NCBI GenBank assembly: GCA_965221695.1
Contig: OZ244905.1
Location: forward strand, 2,688,001-2,752,000
DNA: 64,000 nucleotides
Direction of reading: 5' to 3'
Origin: Gammaproteobacteria bacterium
GTDB lineage: Bacteria; Pseudomonadota; Gammaproteobacteria; Eutrophobiales; Eutrophobiaceae
Shown here piece after piece: positions 1 to 10,908 of this stretch. The position numbers and the translations under genes were made by a program. The notes under the pieces were generated by a model. That model ran no database searches, was not told where the DNA came from, and was given only the letters and a program-made list of their open reading frames with translations. Every line of letters begins with the position of its first letter. The first letter of the stretch is position 1.

Positions 1-4
1 GGAT

Positions 5-1069
5 ATGTCCTTGGGACCGATCATGCTGGACCTGCGCGGCGTCGAGTTGCAGGCGGACGAGCGGGATATGCTGCTGCATCCGCTGGTGGGTGGGGTTATC
101 CTGTTTGCGCGCAACTACCGTGACCCGGAAACATTAATCGCTCTCACCACCCATATCCACGAAGTGCGCAATCCTCCGCTGCTGATCGCTGTGGATCACG
201 AGGGAGGTCGGGTGCAACGTTTTCGCGAAGGATTCACCCGACTGCCTCCCAGCCGCTGTTTCGGCGATCTCTACGGACTGGATGCGACAAGAGCTTTGTC
301 ATTGGTGGAAGACGCCGGCTGGCTGCTGGCCAGCGAACTGCTTGCCGCTGGTGTCGATATCAGTTTTACCCCAGTGCTTGATCTGGATTCCGGAATCAGC
401 TCCTTCCTTGGCGATCGCGCCTACCATCGCTCCCCGGACGTGGTGGCGCGCCTGGGACAATTCCTGGTGAAAGGCATGCGCAGCGCCGGCATGATGGCAG
501 TGGGCAAACACTTCCCTGGTCACGGTCATGTGAAAGGCGATTCCCATCATGAGATACCGGTAGACGAGCGAGATTACGGCGCTATTTTAATGACGGACAT
601 GGCGCCGTTCGAGAGCCTTGTCAACGCAGGCCTGGCGGCCATCATGCCAGCCCATGTCGTTTATTCTCGGGTGGATGATAAGCCTGCCGGCTTCTCCAGC
701 ATCTGGCTAAGACAGATTTTGCGGGGGAGATTGAATTTCCAGGGCGCTATCTTCAGCGACGATATCAGCATGGCCGGCGCGGAGTTCGCCGGAAGTTATC
801 CGGAACGCGCGTCCCGCGCAATGGAGGCCGGTTGTGACATGGTTCTGGTATGTAATAACCAGGCGGCTGTTCTGGAACTGCTGGATGAGTTACAGGTCAG
901 CCCTGACCCGGCCTCCCAACTCAGGCTGATGCGCATGCGCGGCGCCGATCCTGGATTGTCTTTTAATGAATTTTGCACAAGCGAAAGACGGCTGCGGATC
1001 GGCGCGGAAATTTCCGGGTTGGACAAGACGCCGGAATTGGAGTTGGATGATGACAACCTTATGTCGTAA
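5..1069 (+). CDS. nagZ: beta-N-acetylhexosaminidase (GH3)
   Basis: Motifs GGVILFARN, AVDHEGGRVQRF, KHFPGHG...DSH, IFSDD. Confidence 0.95.
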   Translation: MSLGPIMLDLRGVELQADERDMLLHPLVGGVILFARNYRDPETLIALTTHIHEVRNPPLLIAVDHEGGRVQRFREGFTRLPPSRCFGDLYGLDATRALSLVEDAGWLLASELLAAGVDISFTPVLDLDSGISSFLGDRAYHRSPDVVARLGQFLVKGMRSAGMMAVGKHFPGHGHVKGDSHHEIPVDERDYGAILMTDMAPFESLVNAGLAAIMPAHVVYSRVDDKPAGFSSIWLRQILRGRLNFQGAIFSDDISMAGAEFAGSYPERASRAMEAGCDMVLVCNNQAAVLELLDELQVSPDPASQLRLMRMRGADPGLSFNEFCTSERRLRIGAEISGLDKTPELELDDDNLMS

Positions 1070-1970
1070 TTTTTTTCTGGCCTTACTGTTACTATTCTGG
1101 TCTGTCACAGTCCCGGCAGACAGCATTGAATGCCGCCCGTTGCAGATCAATGAAATTCCCTATTCCGGCCCGGATGAGTACGGGCATGGTCTGTTATGGC
1201 GGGTAACTCATCAAGCTGGTCCACCGAGCTACCTGTTTGGTTCCATCCATGTTGCAGAGCGTCATGTCAGCGCGCAACTGGAGAAGGTCAGGGACATTCT
1301 GGCCGGCAGCAGGATTTTTATCATGGAAGCGATATTTGACCCGGACGGGATTGAAGCATTGCGCAATATGATGTTCTTCACAGATGGAACGCGACTTCGG
1401 GATATCATTTCATCCGACCTGTATGCCGAGACGCTTGCGATATTGAGCGCGTATCACCTGACAGAGACCGACCTTACTGCAATGAAGCCCTGGGCTGCGT
1501 ATCTGACGATGAGTTATCCTGCCGATCTGGGCGTGATACTGGACCAGCGTTTGCTGCAGTTGGCCCGGGAGGCGGGGATAGGCATCATGGGACTTGAATC
1601 TCTGGTAGAACAAGGTGGTCTGTTCAATAGTTTTTCACTTGACGATCAGGTACGATTATTGACGGACGCCGTGTGCCACCGCGAGATACTGGAGGGCGAT
1701 TTTGCGAAAATGATCTCGCTGTACGCAGACGGGGACCTTGCGGGCCTGTCTTCCTACGGGCAGCGGTATTCATTCGGTGATAATACATTGTACGAGACCT
1801 TGACGGAAAAGCTGCTTAACAGGAGAAACCGCCTGATGGTGGAAAGAATGCAGACGGCGCTGGAAGCGGGCAGCGCGTTTATTGCCGTAGGCGCGTTACA
1901 TCTGCCGGGCAAAGATGGCATCCTGGCATTGCTGGAACGGCGCGGTTTCGGCATAACCCGGGTTTTCTGA
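1047..1970 (+). CDS. TraB/GumN family protein, signal peptide
   Basis: LLWRV...SYLFGSIH, GLE..EQ, RN..M, FIAVGALHL.G..G.L.LL..G motifs; start moved to ATG 1047, ahead of a hydrophobic leader. Confidence 0.85.
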   Translation: MMTTLCRNFFLALLLLFWSVTVPADSIECRPLQINEIPYSGPDEYGHGLLWRVTHQAGPPSYLFGSIHVAERHVSAQLEKVRDILAGSRIFIMEAIFDPDGIEALRNMMFFTDGTRLRDIISSDLYAETLAILSAYHLTETDLTAMKPWAAYLTMSYPADLGVILDQRLLQLAREAGIGIMGLESLVEQGGLFNSFSLDDQVRLLTDAVCHREILEGDFAKMISLYADGDLAGLSSYGQRYSFGDNTLYETLTEKLLNRRNRLMVERMQTALEAGSAFIAVGALHLPGKDGILALLERRGFGITRVF

Positions 1971-1981
1971 TTGGAGCGCAA

Positions 1982-3082
1982 GTGGAAATAGAACATTATT
2001 TGAACAATGTCTGGAACCACCTCATACATGAAGCGTGGATAGCGCAGATCTTGGTCATTCTCCTTGTGGTCTTGTCTTTGGACTGGCTACAGAAGCGAGT
2101 GATAGCAAAGTTGCTGACCCAGGTTCGCAAGACAAGGATTCCCTGGGATACCGCCTTGTTCGAAGCTGTCGGCAAGCCGTTGGCTGTTTTGATCTGGTTG
2201 TTGGGCATCACATTCGCCGCCGATATTGTCAGCAAGGAACACGACGCGGCCATTTTTGAGGTTATTGATCCGCTGCGCTATATGGGAGTAATAGTTGTCT
2301 TCTCCTGGTTTCTGGTCAGGTTTATTAATCGGGGTGAAATGTATTATCTCCAGTCACGATCAGAGGCCGGCGCGCCGCTTGACCGCACCACTGCCGATGC
2401 GATTGCCAAGTTATTGCGCATTTCGGTTTTCGTTATTGCATTTCTGATCCTGTTGCAGACCCTGGGTTTCAGTGTGGCCGGGGTACTGGCCTTCGGCGGT
2501 GTGGGAGGCATTGTGGTCGGATTTGCGGCTAAAGATTTACTGGCCAATTTTTTTGGCGGACTGATGATCTACCTGGACCGGCCATTCGAGGTCGGCGACT
2601 GGATCCGTTCGCCGGATAAAGAGATAGAGGGAACGGTAGAGAATATCGGTTGGAGGCTGACCCGGATCCGCACTTTCGACAAAAGACCGCTTTATGTTCC
2701 CAATTCCGTGTTTGCCAATATTGCCGTGGAGAACCCGCAGCGGATGACCAACCGGCGCATCTATGAAACCATTGGCATACGCTATGAGGATGCGGGCAAG
2801 ATGGCCGCAATTACCCGTGACGTGAAGCAGATGCTAACAGACCATCCCGAGATTGACACGAACCTGACCATGATAGTCAATTTTGTCAAGTTCGCGCCTT
2901 CATCGCTGGACTTTTTTATCTATACGTTTACCAAAACCACGAACTGGGTCAGATTCCACGAAATCAAGGAGGATGTCATGCTGAAGATCATTGAAATAAT
3001 TGAGCGGCACGGCGCGCAGAGCGCGTTCCCCACTTCGACAATACACTTGATGCGTGAGCAGGCCGGCGCGACGGAAAGCTAA
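1982..3082 (+). CDS. MscS-family mechanosensitive channel (YnaI-like)
   Basis: Multiple TMs; GFAAKDLLANFFGG, RPFEVGDWI, GTVENIGWRLTRIRTFD. Confidence 0.93.
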   Translation: MEIEHYLNNVWNHLIHEAWIAQILVILLVVLSLDWLQKRVIAKLLTQVRKTRIPWDTALFEAVGKPLAVLIWLLGITFAADIVSKEHDAAIFEVIDPLRYMGVIVVFSWFLVRFINRGEMYYLQSRSEAGAPLDRTTADAIAKLLRISVFVIAFLILLQTLGFSVAGVLAFGGVGGIVVGFAAKDLLANFFGGLMIYLDRPFEVGDWIRSPDKEIEGTVENIGWRLTRIRTFDKRPLYVPNSVFANIAVENPQRMTNRRIYETIGIRYEDAGKMAAITRDVKQMLTDHPEIDTNLTMIVNFVKFAPSSLDFFIYTFTKTTNWVRFHEIKEDVMLKIIEIIERHGAQSAFPTSTIHLMREQAGATES

Positions 3083-3086
3083 GCCT

Positions 3087-3911
3087 TTGTTGAAGTTCAC
3101 CAAAATGCACGGTCTGGGTAATGACTTCGTGGTCATCAATGCCTTGGAACAAGCCGTTGAATTGAACCCTGAACAGGCGCGCAGAATTGCTCACCGCCGT
3201 TTGGGCATTGGATGCGACCAGATCCTGGTGATTCGCCCGAGTCGTAACGATGAAGCGGATTTTCTTTACGGCATTTATAATTCCGATGGCAGTGAGGCCG
3301 AACATTGCGGCAATGGCATACGTTGTGTAGCCAGCTATCTGCGAGAGAACAACATCATTTGCAAGGACGAACTGGTGGCCGATTCCGGCGCCGGATTGAT
3401 TAAACTCTATTTTGAGGACGGTTTGGTCAGAGTAAATATGGGGCGCCCCGATTTCATGCCTGAGCGCATACCGCTTGCCGTAACCGGGCAAAGACAGTTA
3501 TACAAGGTCCAAGTGAATGGGGCGGACATTGAGTTTGCAGCCCTGTCCTTGGGCAACCCCCATGCGGTTATATTGGTCGAAGACCTTGACAGCGCTCCGG
3601 TAAGCGTCATCGGTCCGCAGCTTCAAGGCAATGCCTTGTTTCCCAACAGCGTCAATGTTGGATTCATGCAGATCCTGGACAGTTCGCATATCGGTCTGCG
3701 GGTCTACGAACGCGGCGCAGGTGAAACCCTCGCCTGCGGCACCGGGGCCTGCGCTGCCGTGGTCGCGGGAATTAATGTGTATAATCTTGAGAGCAAAGTC
3801 GAGGTGTCACTGCCAGGTGGCAGCTTGACGGTATCATGGCATGGTGATAATGAACCGATTTGGATGACAGGACCAAGCGCAACCGTATACGAGGGAAGCA
3901 TCAACCTATGA
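3087..3911 (+). CDS. dapF: diaminopimelate epimerase
   Basis: FTKMHGLGNDF, CGNGIRC, GNPH, ERGAGETLACGTGAC; exact start (TTG 3087/3090) uncertain. Confidence 0.96.
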   Translation: MLKFTKMHGLGNDFVVINALEQAVELNPEQARRIAHRRLGIGCDQILVIRPSRNDEADFLYGIYNSDGSEAEHCGNGIRCVASYLRENNIICKDELVADSGAGLIKLYFEDGLVRVNMGRPDFMPERIPLAVTGQRQLYKVQVNGADIEFAALSLGNPHAVILVEDLDSAPVSVIGPQLQGNALFPNSVNVGFMQILDSSHIGLRVYERGAGETLACGTGACAAVVAGINVYNLESKVEVSLPGGSLTVSWHGDNEPIWMTGPSATVYEGSINL

Positions 3912-4609
3912 AAACAAAACAAAATAAATCGGAAAACTCCTCAATCAGCGCGGTAGAGGTTGAGACTTATATGAGAAACAACCCGGATTTTTTTCTCACC
4001 CGCCCTGATCTTCTGGCCGATATGGCCGTGCCTCATGTTACCGGCGCCGCAGTTTCCCTGGTAGAAAAGCAGGTCAAGGCGTTGCGTGAACAGAATGAAC
4101 AGGCCCGCAAACGTTTGCATGAATTGATTGAAATCGCCAAGTTCAATGAAGATCTGGCGCACCGGATGCACCACCTTGTGCTGACCCTGATAGATGCGGG
4201 CGACCCGCAGGAGATATTTAAAACACTCTATGAAAATCTGAAACGCAATTTCAGGGCGGAGCAGGTGGTCGTAAGACTGTTTGCTGAACCATCGGGGAGC
4301 ACAGGTACAGCGCTGGCTGAGTTTGTCGGAAAAGAGTTAAGAGAAGCAGGCTTATTCGAATCATTAATAGAGAAGCGGTTGCCGGTCGTAGGCGCGCCGA
4401 CCATGGAACAACAAGCTTTTTTATTCGGTCCGGACGGCGTAGATATCAAATCCGTTGTGTTGGCGCCGCTGCGCGGGAACGATTGGGGTGGCGTACTGGC
4501 CATAGGTAGCCGCGACCCGGAACGATTCCAGCAAGGTATGGGCGTTGAGTTACTGGCAAACCTGGGCGAAGCGCTGAGCTTTATCTTGAAACCCTGGATA
4601 GTGACATAA
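3908..4609 (+). CDS. DUF484 (YigA-like) protein
   Basis: NPDFF..PDLL, AVSLVEKQ, LAIGSRDPERF; conserved dapF-yigA-xerC position. Confidence 0.88.
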   Translation: MKTKQNKSENSSISAVEVETYMRNNPDFFLTRPDLLADMAVPHVTGAAVSLVEKQVKALREQNEQARKRLHELIEIAKFNEDLAHRMHHLVLTLIDAGDPQEIFKTLYENLKRNFRAEQVVVRLFAEPSGSTGTALAEFVGKELREAGLFESLIEKRLPVVGAPTMEQQAFLFGPDGVDIKSVVLAPLRGNDWGGVLAIGSRDPERFQQGMGVELLANLGEALSFILKPWIVT

Positions 4610-4618
4610 CATACTATC

Positions 4619-5509
4619 GTGAGAGATTCTGAAATAGCCAGGATAGATGCGTTTCTGGGAACCCTGCAACATCTCTCAGTCCATACGCGCAAGGCCTATG
4701 CCGGCGATCTGGCGTTTTTTCTGGATTTCTGCAAACAGCTTGATATAGAGGAATGGCAGGAGCTGGACGGCCGCCAGATACGTGGGTATGTCACACAAAG
4801 ACACCGGCAGGGAACCAGCGGCAGGAGTCTGCGGCGCCACCTGTCCTCCATCAGGGCATTCTACAAATATCTTTTAGCCAGGGGAGAGGTAACAAAGAAC
4901 CCGGCGGAAGGGATTACGACGCCGAAGACTGAAAAACGATTGCCAAAAACGTTGGATGTAGACCAGACGGCCCGGCTGGTCGAGCTAAAGGGCAATGAGG
5001 CGCTTACGCTGCGCGACCGGGCCATCATGGAACTGATGTATTCTTCCGGACTGCGGCTTGCGGAATGCGTTAGCCTGGATCTTTACAGTGTAGACATCCG
5101 CGACGGGCTGGTAACGGTAACCGGAAAGGGCAACAAAACACGTAAGGCGCCGGTGGGCAATTATGCCCTGAATGCAGTCAGCTCATGGTTGAAGGTCAGG
5201 CCGAAAATAGCGGCATTGGATGAGACCGCGTTGTTTGTCAGCGCCCGCGGCACGCGCATAAGCGCCCGCTCAGTGCAGCAGCGTTTGCGCCACTGGGGAT
5301 TGAAACAGGGCTTGGATACCAATGTGCACCCGCACATGCTGCGCCACTCATTTGCCACCCACCTATTGGAATCCAGTGGCGATCTCAGAGCAGTTCAGGA
5401 GTTGCTGGGACATGCGGACATCAGTACCACACAAATTTATACCAGCCTGGATTTCCAGCATCTGGCGAGCGTGTACGACCAGACCCATCCGAGAGCCAGG
5501 AAGAACTAG
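4619..5509 (+). CDS. xerC: tyrosine recombinase XerC
   Basis: [43 protein letters not shown]; follows dapF-yigA. Confidence 0.95.
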   Translation: MRDSEIARIDAFLGTLQHLSVHTRKAYAGDLAFFLDFCKQLDIEEWQELDGRQIRGYVTQRHRQGTSGRSLRRHLSSIRAFYKYLLARGEVTKNPAEGITTPKTEKRLPKTLDVDQTARLVELKGNEALTLRDRAIMELMYSSGLRLAECVSLDLYSVDIRDGLVTVTGKGNKTRKAPVGNYALNAVSSWLKVRPKIAALDETALFVSARGTRISARSVQQRLRHWGLKQGLDTNVHPHMLRHSFATHLLESSGDLRAVQELLGHADISTTQIYTSLDFQHLASVYDQTHPRARKN

Positions 5510-5979
5510 CCGGACTTCAGCAGCCGCTGCTTTTGCAACTGCCAGTCACGGTCGCGTTCAGCCTGACGTTTGTCATGGGTTTTCTTTCCTTTGGCAACGC
5601 CGATAGACAGTTTGGCGCGGCTGTTTTTCCAGTACATCGTCAGCGGAATCACCGTATACCCTTGCCGCTCCACTGCGCTTGCCATACGGTTTATCTCGGC
5701 CCGGTTCAACAGTAGTTTACGAGTCCTTTGCGGGTCAGGCTTGATATGTGTGGAAGCCGTCGGAAGTGGTGTAATCAAGGCGCCGAACAGGAAAGCTTCT
5801 CGATCTTTCAGCAGGATATAACTGTCGTTGATCTGTATTTTTCCGGCGCGCAGGCTTTTTACTTCCCACCCTTCCAAGGCCAAGCCGGCCTCGAACCGGT
5901 CTTCTATGTGATATTCAAACCGCGCCTTTTTATTGAGGGTGATCGTATTGTCAGGGATTTTGGCTTTCTTCTTCGTCAC
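5506..5979 (-). CDS. smpB: SsrA-binding protein
   Basis: [39 protein letters not shown]. Confidence 0.97.
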   Translation of the reverse strand: MTKKKAKIPDNTITLNKKARFEYHIEDRFEAGLALEGWEVKSLRAGKIQINDSYILLKDREAFLFGALITPLPTASTHIKPDPQRTRKLLLNRAEINRMASAVERQGYTVIPLTMYWKNSRAKLSIGVAKGKKTHDKRQAERDRDWQLQKQRLLKSG

Positions 5980-6181
5980 TGGTCATACTGCGGGAAGCAT
6001 TCATCTGAAGTATATCATTCGATTCAAATACCGTGTCGCCAGTCCGTTGAAACCGGCATGATCACGCATCTGAGACGCCAAAGTTCCCAGGAACTTGCAG
6101 ATGATAGCCGGAGTGGGCATCGTTGGCTTGTATAAAAGAACGAATTACCGCAGAATCGAAAAAAAACAATAGAGAGAAGAA

Positions 6182-7549
6182 ATGGCTTCCAATCGCACAT
6201 CCGTTCATGGTCAATGGTCATCAAGGTGGATATTCATCCTGGCGGCTACCGGCTCGGCCGTAGGGCTGGGCAATATCTGGCGATTTCCCTATATCACCGC
6301 AGAAAACGGCGGCGGCGCGTTTGTGCTTATGTACCTGGTATGTATCGTCCTGGTTGGGCTGCCGATCATGATGTCCGAAATCATGCTGGGGCGGCGTGGC
6401 CGCCGCAGCCCCATCCATACCATGGAAGACCTGGCCGTGGAAGAAGGACGCAACAGGCATTGGCGACTGGTAGGCGTTATGGGAGTATTGGCCGGTTTCT
6501 TAATTCTGACTTTCTACAGCATTGTGGCCGGTTGGACCCTGGCTTATATCATGCGCGCCGTATCGGGCATGTTTCAGGGCGCGAGCGCAGAGGAGACCCA
6601 GGTTATTTTCAACGCGCTGGTGTCCGACCCGGAGCGCTTGCTGGCCTGGCATACCTTGTTCATGATAATGACTGTATTTGTAGTTGCGAGGGGTATCGAA
6701 CATGGGTTGGAGCGCGCAGTGCGTTACCTGATGCCGGCCCTGTTCCTGATGTTGCTGTTTCTGGTGGGTTATTCGTTCACCACCCCCGGTTTTACCGAAG
6801 CCCTGTCATACCTGTTCAAACCTGATTTCAGCCAGGTTGGACCATCCACGATACTGGTTGCCCTGGGACAGGCATTTTTCAGTTTGAGCCTGGGCATGGG
6901 CGCCATCATGGCCTATGGCTCATATCTTTCCGATAAAGCCTCCATCCCCGGCACGACCGTGTCGATTGGCATCATGGACACCGGCGTCGCGCTGTTGGCG
7001 GGCCTGGCCATCTTTCCCATTATGTTCAGCTTCGGACTGCAGCCGGAAGAAGGCGGACCGGGCCTGATCTTCAAGATATTGCCCATCGCCTTCGGCCAGA
7101 TGGCCTATGGCAGCGCCCTGGCCGTGGTGTTCTTTACCCTGCTGATGTTTGCCGCCTGGACATCGGCCTTGTCCATTCTTGAACCCGTTACCGCATGGAT
7201 GGTTGAAAAAACGGGCCATAGCAGGGTGCGCGCGGCAGTTACCACCGGCTTGGTTGCGTGGGCGCTGGGGCTTGGTTCACTGCTGTCCCTGAATCTCTGG
7301 TCTGAGGTCAAACTGTTCGGAATGACGTTCTTCGGTTTGATGGAATACCTGTCCGTCAATATCATGTTGCCGGTTGGAGGGTTGTTGATAGCCGTTTTTG
7401 CGGGCTGGTTCATGTCCGAATCCTCCTCTTTAGCCGAACTGAAGCTGGGCAAATATACGTACCTGGCCTGGAAAGTAGCAGCGAGATTCATTGCGCCTGC
7501 CGGGGTGATTTTAATACTTTTGCAGGAAGTATTCGGCTTTCTGGGCTGA
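6182..7549 (+). CDS. sodium-dependent transporter (NSS/SNF family)
   Basis: GSAVGLGNIWRFPY, ENGGGAF, GQAFFSLSLG; many TMs. Confidence 0.93.
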   Translation: MASNRTSVHGQWSSRWIFILAATGSAVGLGNIWRFPYITAENGGGAFVLMYLVCIVLVGLPIMMSEIMLGRRGRRSPIHTMEDLAVEEGRNRHWRLVGVMGVLAGFLILTFYSIVAGWTLAYIMRAVSGMFQGASAEETQVIFNALVSDPERLLAWHTLFMIMTVFVVARGIEHGLERAVRYLMPALFLMLLFLVGYSFTTPGFTEALSYLFKPDFSQVGPSTILVALGQAFFSLSLGMGAIMAYGSYLSDKASIPGTTVSIGIMDTGVALLAGLAIFPIMFSFGLQPEEGGPGLIFKILPIAFGQMAYGSALAVVFFTLLMFAAWTSALSILEPVTAWMVEKTGHSRVRAAVTTGLVAWALGLGSLLSLNLWSEVKLFGMTFFGLMEYLSVNIMLPVGGLLIAVFAGWFMSESSSLAELKLGKYTYLAWKVAARFIAPAGVILILLQEVFGFLG

Positions 7550-7550
7550 C

Positions 7551-7874
7551 GTGGGACAACAGGCCGCAGCGCCGCGGGTAGAGGTTGAGATTGTCTATGG
7601 CGTGACCGGCGCGCAAGTAATCAGACAGGAAGTTCCGGTCAACGCGACATTAAGAGAAGCTATTAAGCAATCGGGGATACTGGAAATGTATCCGGAAATC
7701 GACCTGGACAAGAATAAGGTGGGGGTATTTAGCAGGAAAAAGGAATTGCATACCCCGGTCCATGCCGGCGACCGCATTGAGATTTATCAAACGTTGAAAG
7801 TGGACCCCAAAGAGGCGCGCCGCCGCCGCGCAACAAAAAATCCTCAGCGATCATCGCATCAATTGATGAGATAG
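7551..7874 (+). CDS. ratB: RnfH/RatB ubiquitin-like protein
   Basis: SGIL...PEIDL, VGVFS, GDRIEIY..L.VDPKEARRRRA. Confidence 0.88.
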   Translation: MGQQAAAPRVEVEIVYGVTGAQVIRQEVPVNATLREAIKQSGILEMYPEIDLDKNKVGVFSRKKELHTPVHAGDRIEIYQTLKVDPKEARRRRATKNPQRSSHQLMR

Positions 7875-7894
7875 TCGGGCTAGAAAAGTCATCC

Positions 7895-8914
7895 ATGGCT
7901 TTGCTGAATGTCAACCTGCATTCCACGCCTCGTTACAAGATAGCGCTGCTTTTTTGCGCATTGATTGTCATCGCGCTCAGCGTCGGGCTGGTTTCACTAG
8001 CAAGCGGTTCAGCTCCGCTGCCGTTGCCGGAAATCATCAGTATCCTGCTCGAACAAACCCCGGGGCTCAATTCACAGATCGTATTTGAATTACGCCTGCC
8101 CAGGGTTATTTCCGGTTTTATTGTGGGCGGGATGCTGGCGCTGGCCGGCGCGCTGATGCAGATACTGCTCCGCAATCCGTTGGCGGAACCTTATATCCTG
8201 GGTGTGTCAGGTGGCGCTTCGGTGTTCGCGCTACTTGCCATCAGCATGGGTCTGGCCGGCGCCTGGCTTACATTAGGCGCCTGTTTCGGCGCGTTGCTGA
8301 CTATGTTCATGGTATTCATATTTTCAGGCTCGCGCGCCGGCTGGAACCCGCTGAAAACGCTTCTGACGGGAGTGGTTATCGCTGCCGGTTGGGGCGCAGT
8401 GATCAGTTTTCTTCTGGCCCTCAGTCCAGCCGCCAAGTTGCATAACATGTTGTTCTGGTTGATGGGCGACCTCAGCTTCAGCCAGCCCGGCGGACATTAT
8501 TTTCTGGTATTGGTCCTGGCATTAGCCTTGGCGATGTATTACGCGCGAGCCTTGAACCTGTTAGCGGTTGGCGACCTGCAAGCTGCCGCGTTAGGCGTGT
8601 CCGTGAATCGCCTGCGCACTATCATTTACTTTCTGGCATCGATACTGACGGCAACAGCAGTGGTGCAGGCCGGGAGCATCGGTTTTATCGGGCTGATTAT
8701 CCCCCACGCAGTCAGGTTGTTGATTGGTAACGACAACCGGTTGCTGCTACCAGCTTCCGTGCTGGCGGGCGGCATACTGCTGGTGTTTGCCGATATGCTG
8801 GCGCGCACCTTGCTGGCGCCCAGGCAACTGCCCGTTGGAGTTCTGACCGCGTTCATCGGTGTGCCTGTCTTTCTGTTGCTGTTGCAATCCAGCCTGGCGA
8901 GACAGAGGCCATGA
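7895..8914 (+). CDS. FecCD/BtuC-family ABC permease (probably cobalamin)
   Basis: LRLPR, LRNPLAEPYILGVSGGA, IGFIGLIIPH, PVGVLTAFIGVP; btuF/btuB nearby. Confidence 0.88.
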   Translation: MALLNVNLHSTPRYKIALLFCALIVIALSVGLVSLASGSAPLPLPEIISILLEQTPGLNSQIVFELRLPRVISGFIVGGMLALAGALMQILLRNPLAEPYILGVSGGASVFALLAISMGLAGAWLTLGACFGALLTMFMVFIFSGSRAGWNPLKTLLTGVVIAAGWGAVISFLLALSPAAKLHNMLFWLMGDLSFSQPGGHYFLVLVLALALAMYYARALNLLAVGDLQAAALGVSVNRLRTIIYFLASILTATAVVQAGSIGFIGLIIPHAVRLLIGNDNRLLLPASVLAGGILLVFADMLARTLLAPRQLPVGVLTAFIGVPVFLLLLQSSLARQRP

Positions 8915-9711
8915 TGCAGGTTAACAACAGACCGGACCGGAATATATTGACGGTAAATACCGAAGCATTGACCGTAAACATCGGGCAGACACTTATATGC
9001 CGGGATTTTGACCTGGAAATCAGGGTTGGGGAGCGCTGGGGCATGCTGGGCGGCAACGGGGTCGGAAAAACCACCTTGCTGCATACGCTCGCCGGGTTGA
9101 GAGAGCCGGCCGGTGGGAAGGTCATGTTGGATAATGTCGACCTGCGTGATTACCGGCGTCTGAGCCTGGCCCGGAAGGTGGGTGTCCTGTTTCAGGACAG
9201 TCAGGACACTTTTCCGGCCACGGTAAAGGAAACCGTTTTGACCGGACGGTTTCCTTACCAGTCTTTCTGGCCGGGGGGAGAGCGTGAGGATGCTATCCTG
9301 GCGGACGCCGCGCTGGCGCAACTGAACCTGAAGTCGATGCAGGACCGGCAAGTCGACACCTTGTCCGGTGGGGAACGGCGCCGCCTGGCAATCGCCACCT
9401 TGTTGTTGCAGGACCCGGGGCTGTGGCTGCTGGATGAACCGACCAACCACCTGGATTTTCACCACCAGATACAGGTTCTCGATCTGATCCGTCAGCGGGT
9501 CAGAGACAGGAACGGAGCCTTATTGATGGTGTTGCACGATGTCAACCTGATCACCAGGTATTGCACTCACGTCATCCTGATGCCGGGCGGAGCACAACTA
9601 CTATGTGGCGAGGTGGCGGAGGTGGTTAACAAGTCCAGCCTGGAGAACCTCTATCAGCGCCCCATCCACGAAATTACAAGCGCAGACAGAAACTATTACT
9701 TCCCCGCCTGA
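8911..9711 (+). CDS. ABC ATP-binding subunit (BtuD/FecE-like)
   Basis: Walker A GGNGVGKT, LSGGE, LLDEPTNHLD; coupled to the permease. Confidence 0.9.
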   Translation: MMQVNNRPDRNILTVNTEALTVNIGQTLICRDFDLEIRVGERWGMLGGNGVGKTTLLHTLAGLREPAGGKVMLDNVDLRDYRRLSLARKVGVLFQDSQDTFPATVKETVLTGRFPYQSFWPGGEREDAILADAALAQLNLKSMQDRQVDTLSGGERRRLAIATLLLQDPGLWLLDEPTNHLDFHHQIQVLDLIRQRVRDRNGALLMVLHDVNLITRYCTHVILMPGGAQLLCGEVAEVVNKSSLENLYQRPIHEITSADRNYYFPA

Positions 9712-9741
9712 ATTACCATCATCCCCACTGCAATATACGGG

Positions 9742-10269
9742 TTATGGGCTTTGGTCAACCTGGGCGTCGGGTTCGGCAGTATCCTGCTTTTGTTCCTGCT
9801 CCGGTGGCTCCTCCCCGACGCCGTCACCGGGAAGCGGCAGTTTGCCGATCAGTTTGCTAAAAAAGCCGCGTTGTTTGTGCTCTCTTAGTGGAACATCGAC
9901 GATCCGGGTGGGTTTGTTTGCCAAATCCTCCGGCCTTTCCGGCCCCCGCGCCACGTCGCCGTCTATATAGGCAAGTTTATCGTCCTCGAAGTGCAGCGTG
10001 ACATGGCGCTGTTTGCGCTTGCGGCCGCCTTTTGAAAACGTGTAGATATATTCCCAGCGATTGGTGTGAAAAGGGTCGACCAGAGTAGGCGTTCCCATAA
10101 TGAATTGCACCTGGTTCTTATCCATGCCAGGCTTCAACCGGGATAACATTTTGCTGTCGATGATACTTCCTTGCTGGATATCTATCCGATACACCCCGGG
10201 CAGTTTGAAAGTTCCCTCGTGGGCGCAGGCGACGAGTAAAAAAACCGATAACAGCAATATATATCTCAT
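9742..10269 (-). CDS. bamE: outer membrane assembly lipoprotein BamE
   Basis: Lipobox LVAC; YRIDIQQG, GM.K.QV.FIMGTP.L.DPFH..RWEY; divergent from fur. Confidence 0.93.
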   Translation of the reverse strand: MRYILLLSVFLLVACAHEGTFKLPGVYRIDIQQGSIIDSKMLSRLKPGMDKNQVQFIMGTPTLVDPFHTNRWEYIYTFSKGGRKRKQRHVTLHFEDDKLAYIDGDVARGPERPEDLANKPTRIVDVPLREHKQRGFFSKLIGKLPLPGDGVGEEPPEQEQKQDTAEPDAQVDQSP

Positions 10270-10497
10270 AAGACAGCAACTCCGGGCCTAAAACTACAAT
10301 TTTTTTCTCCATATGCAGTATACTTGACTTTAATCCGCATTTCTCACCAGATGATGAGTTCAACGTATCAAGCGCAGCGTGTTATATCGAAAAGTGTGAG
10401 AATGACCATAACTTGTAGATAGTAAAAACTTAGTGGTAGCAATAGGCGGCCTGGCGAGCGATCCGGGCTATTATTTATTCAAGTCAGGAAACATCTT

Positions 10498-10908
10498 ATG
10501 GACAGCAAGTCTCTGAAAGAGGCAGGTTTAAAAGCAACACTGCCGCGCATCCGGATACTGGAGATCCTGGAGGCGTCGGCGCAAAAACATCTGAGCGCGG
10601 AAGACGTGTATAAAGCCCTGCTCGATGCTGGCGAAGATGTGGGCCTGGCGACGGTGTACCGGGTGCTTACGCAATTTGAAGGCGCCGGACTGGTCATTCG
10701 CCACCATTTCGACGCCGGTCATTCCGTATTCGAACTGGACCGCGGTAATCACCATGACCACATGGTCTGCATCAAGACCGGTAAGGTGATCGAATTCGAA
10801 AATGACAAAATCGAAATGCTGCAACGGGAGATTGCAGAAGAACATGGTTACGAGCTGCACGACCACAGCCTCGTGCTCTATGTAAAACCGAAACAGCATG
10901 AAGCTTGA
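10498..10908 (+). CDS. fur: ferric uptake regulator
   Basis: GLKATLPRIRIL, GLATVYRVLTQFE, HHDHMVC. Confidence 0.96.
   Translation: MDSKSLKEAGLKATLPRIRILEILEASAQKHLSAEDVYKALLDAGEDVGLATVYRVLTQFEGAGLVIRHHFDAGHSVFELDRGNHHDHMVCIKTGKVIEFENDKIEMLQREIAEEHGYELHDHSLVLYVKPKQHEA

Noticed and set aside
4619-5509. Island integrase
   Set aside because: Housekeeping xerC in dapF-yigA-xerC context.
5980-6181. tmRNA next to smpB
   Set aside because: No GGGGCTGA...CCACCA ends, and the gap is too short.
10395-10415. Fur box upstream of fur (gagaatgaccataac)
   Set aside because: Only a half-site resembles GATAATGATAATCATTATC.
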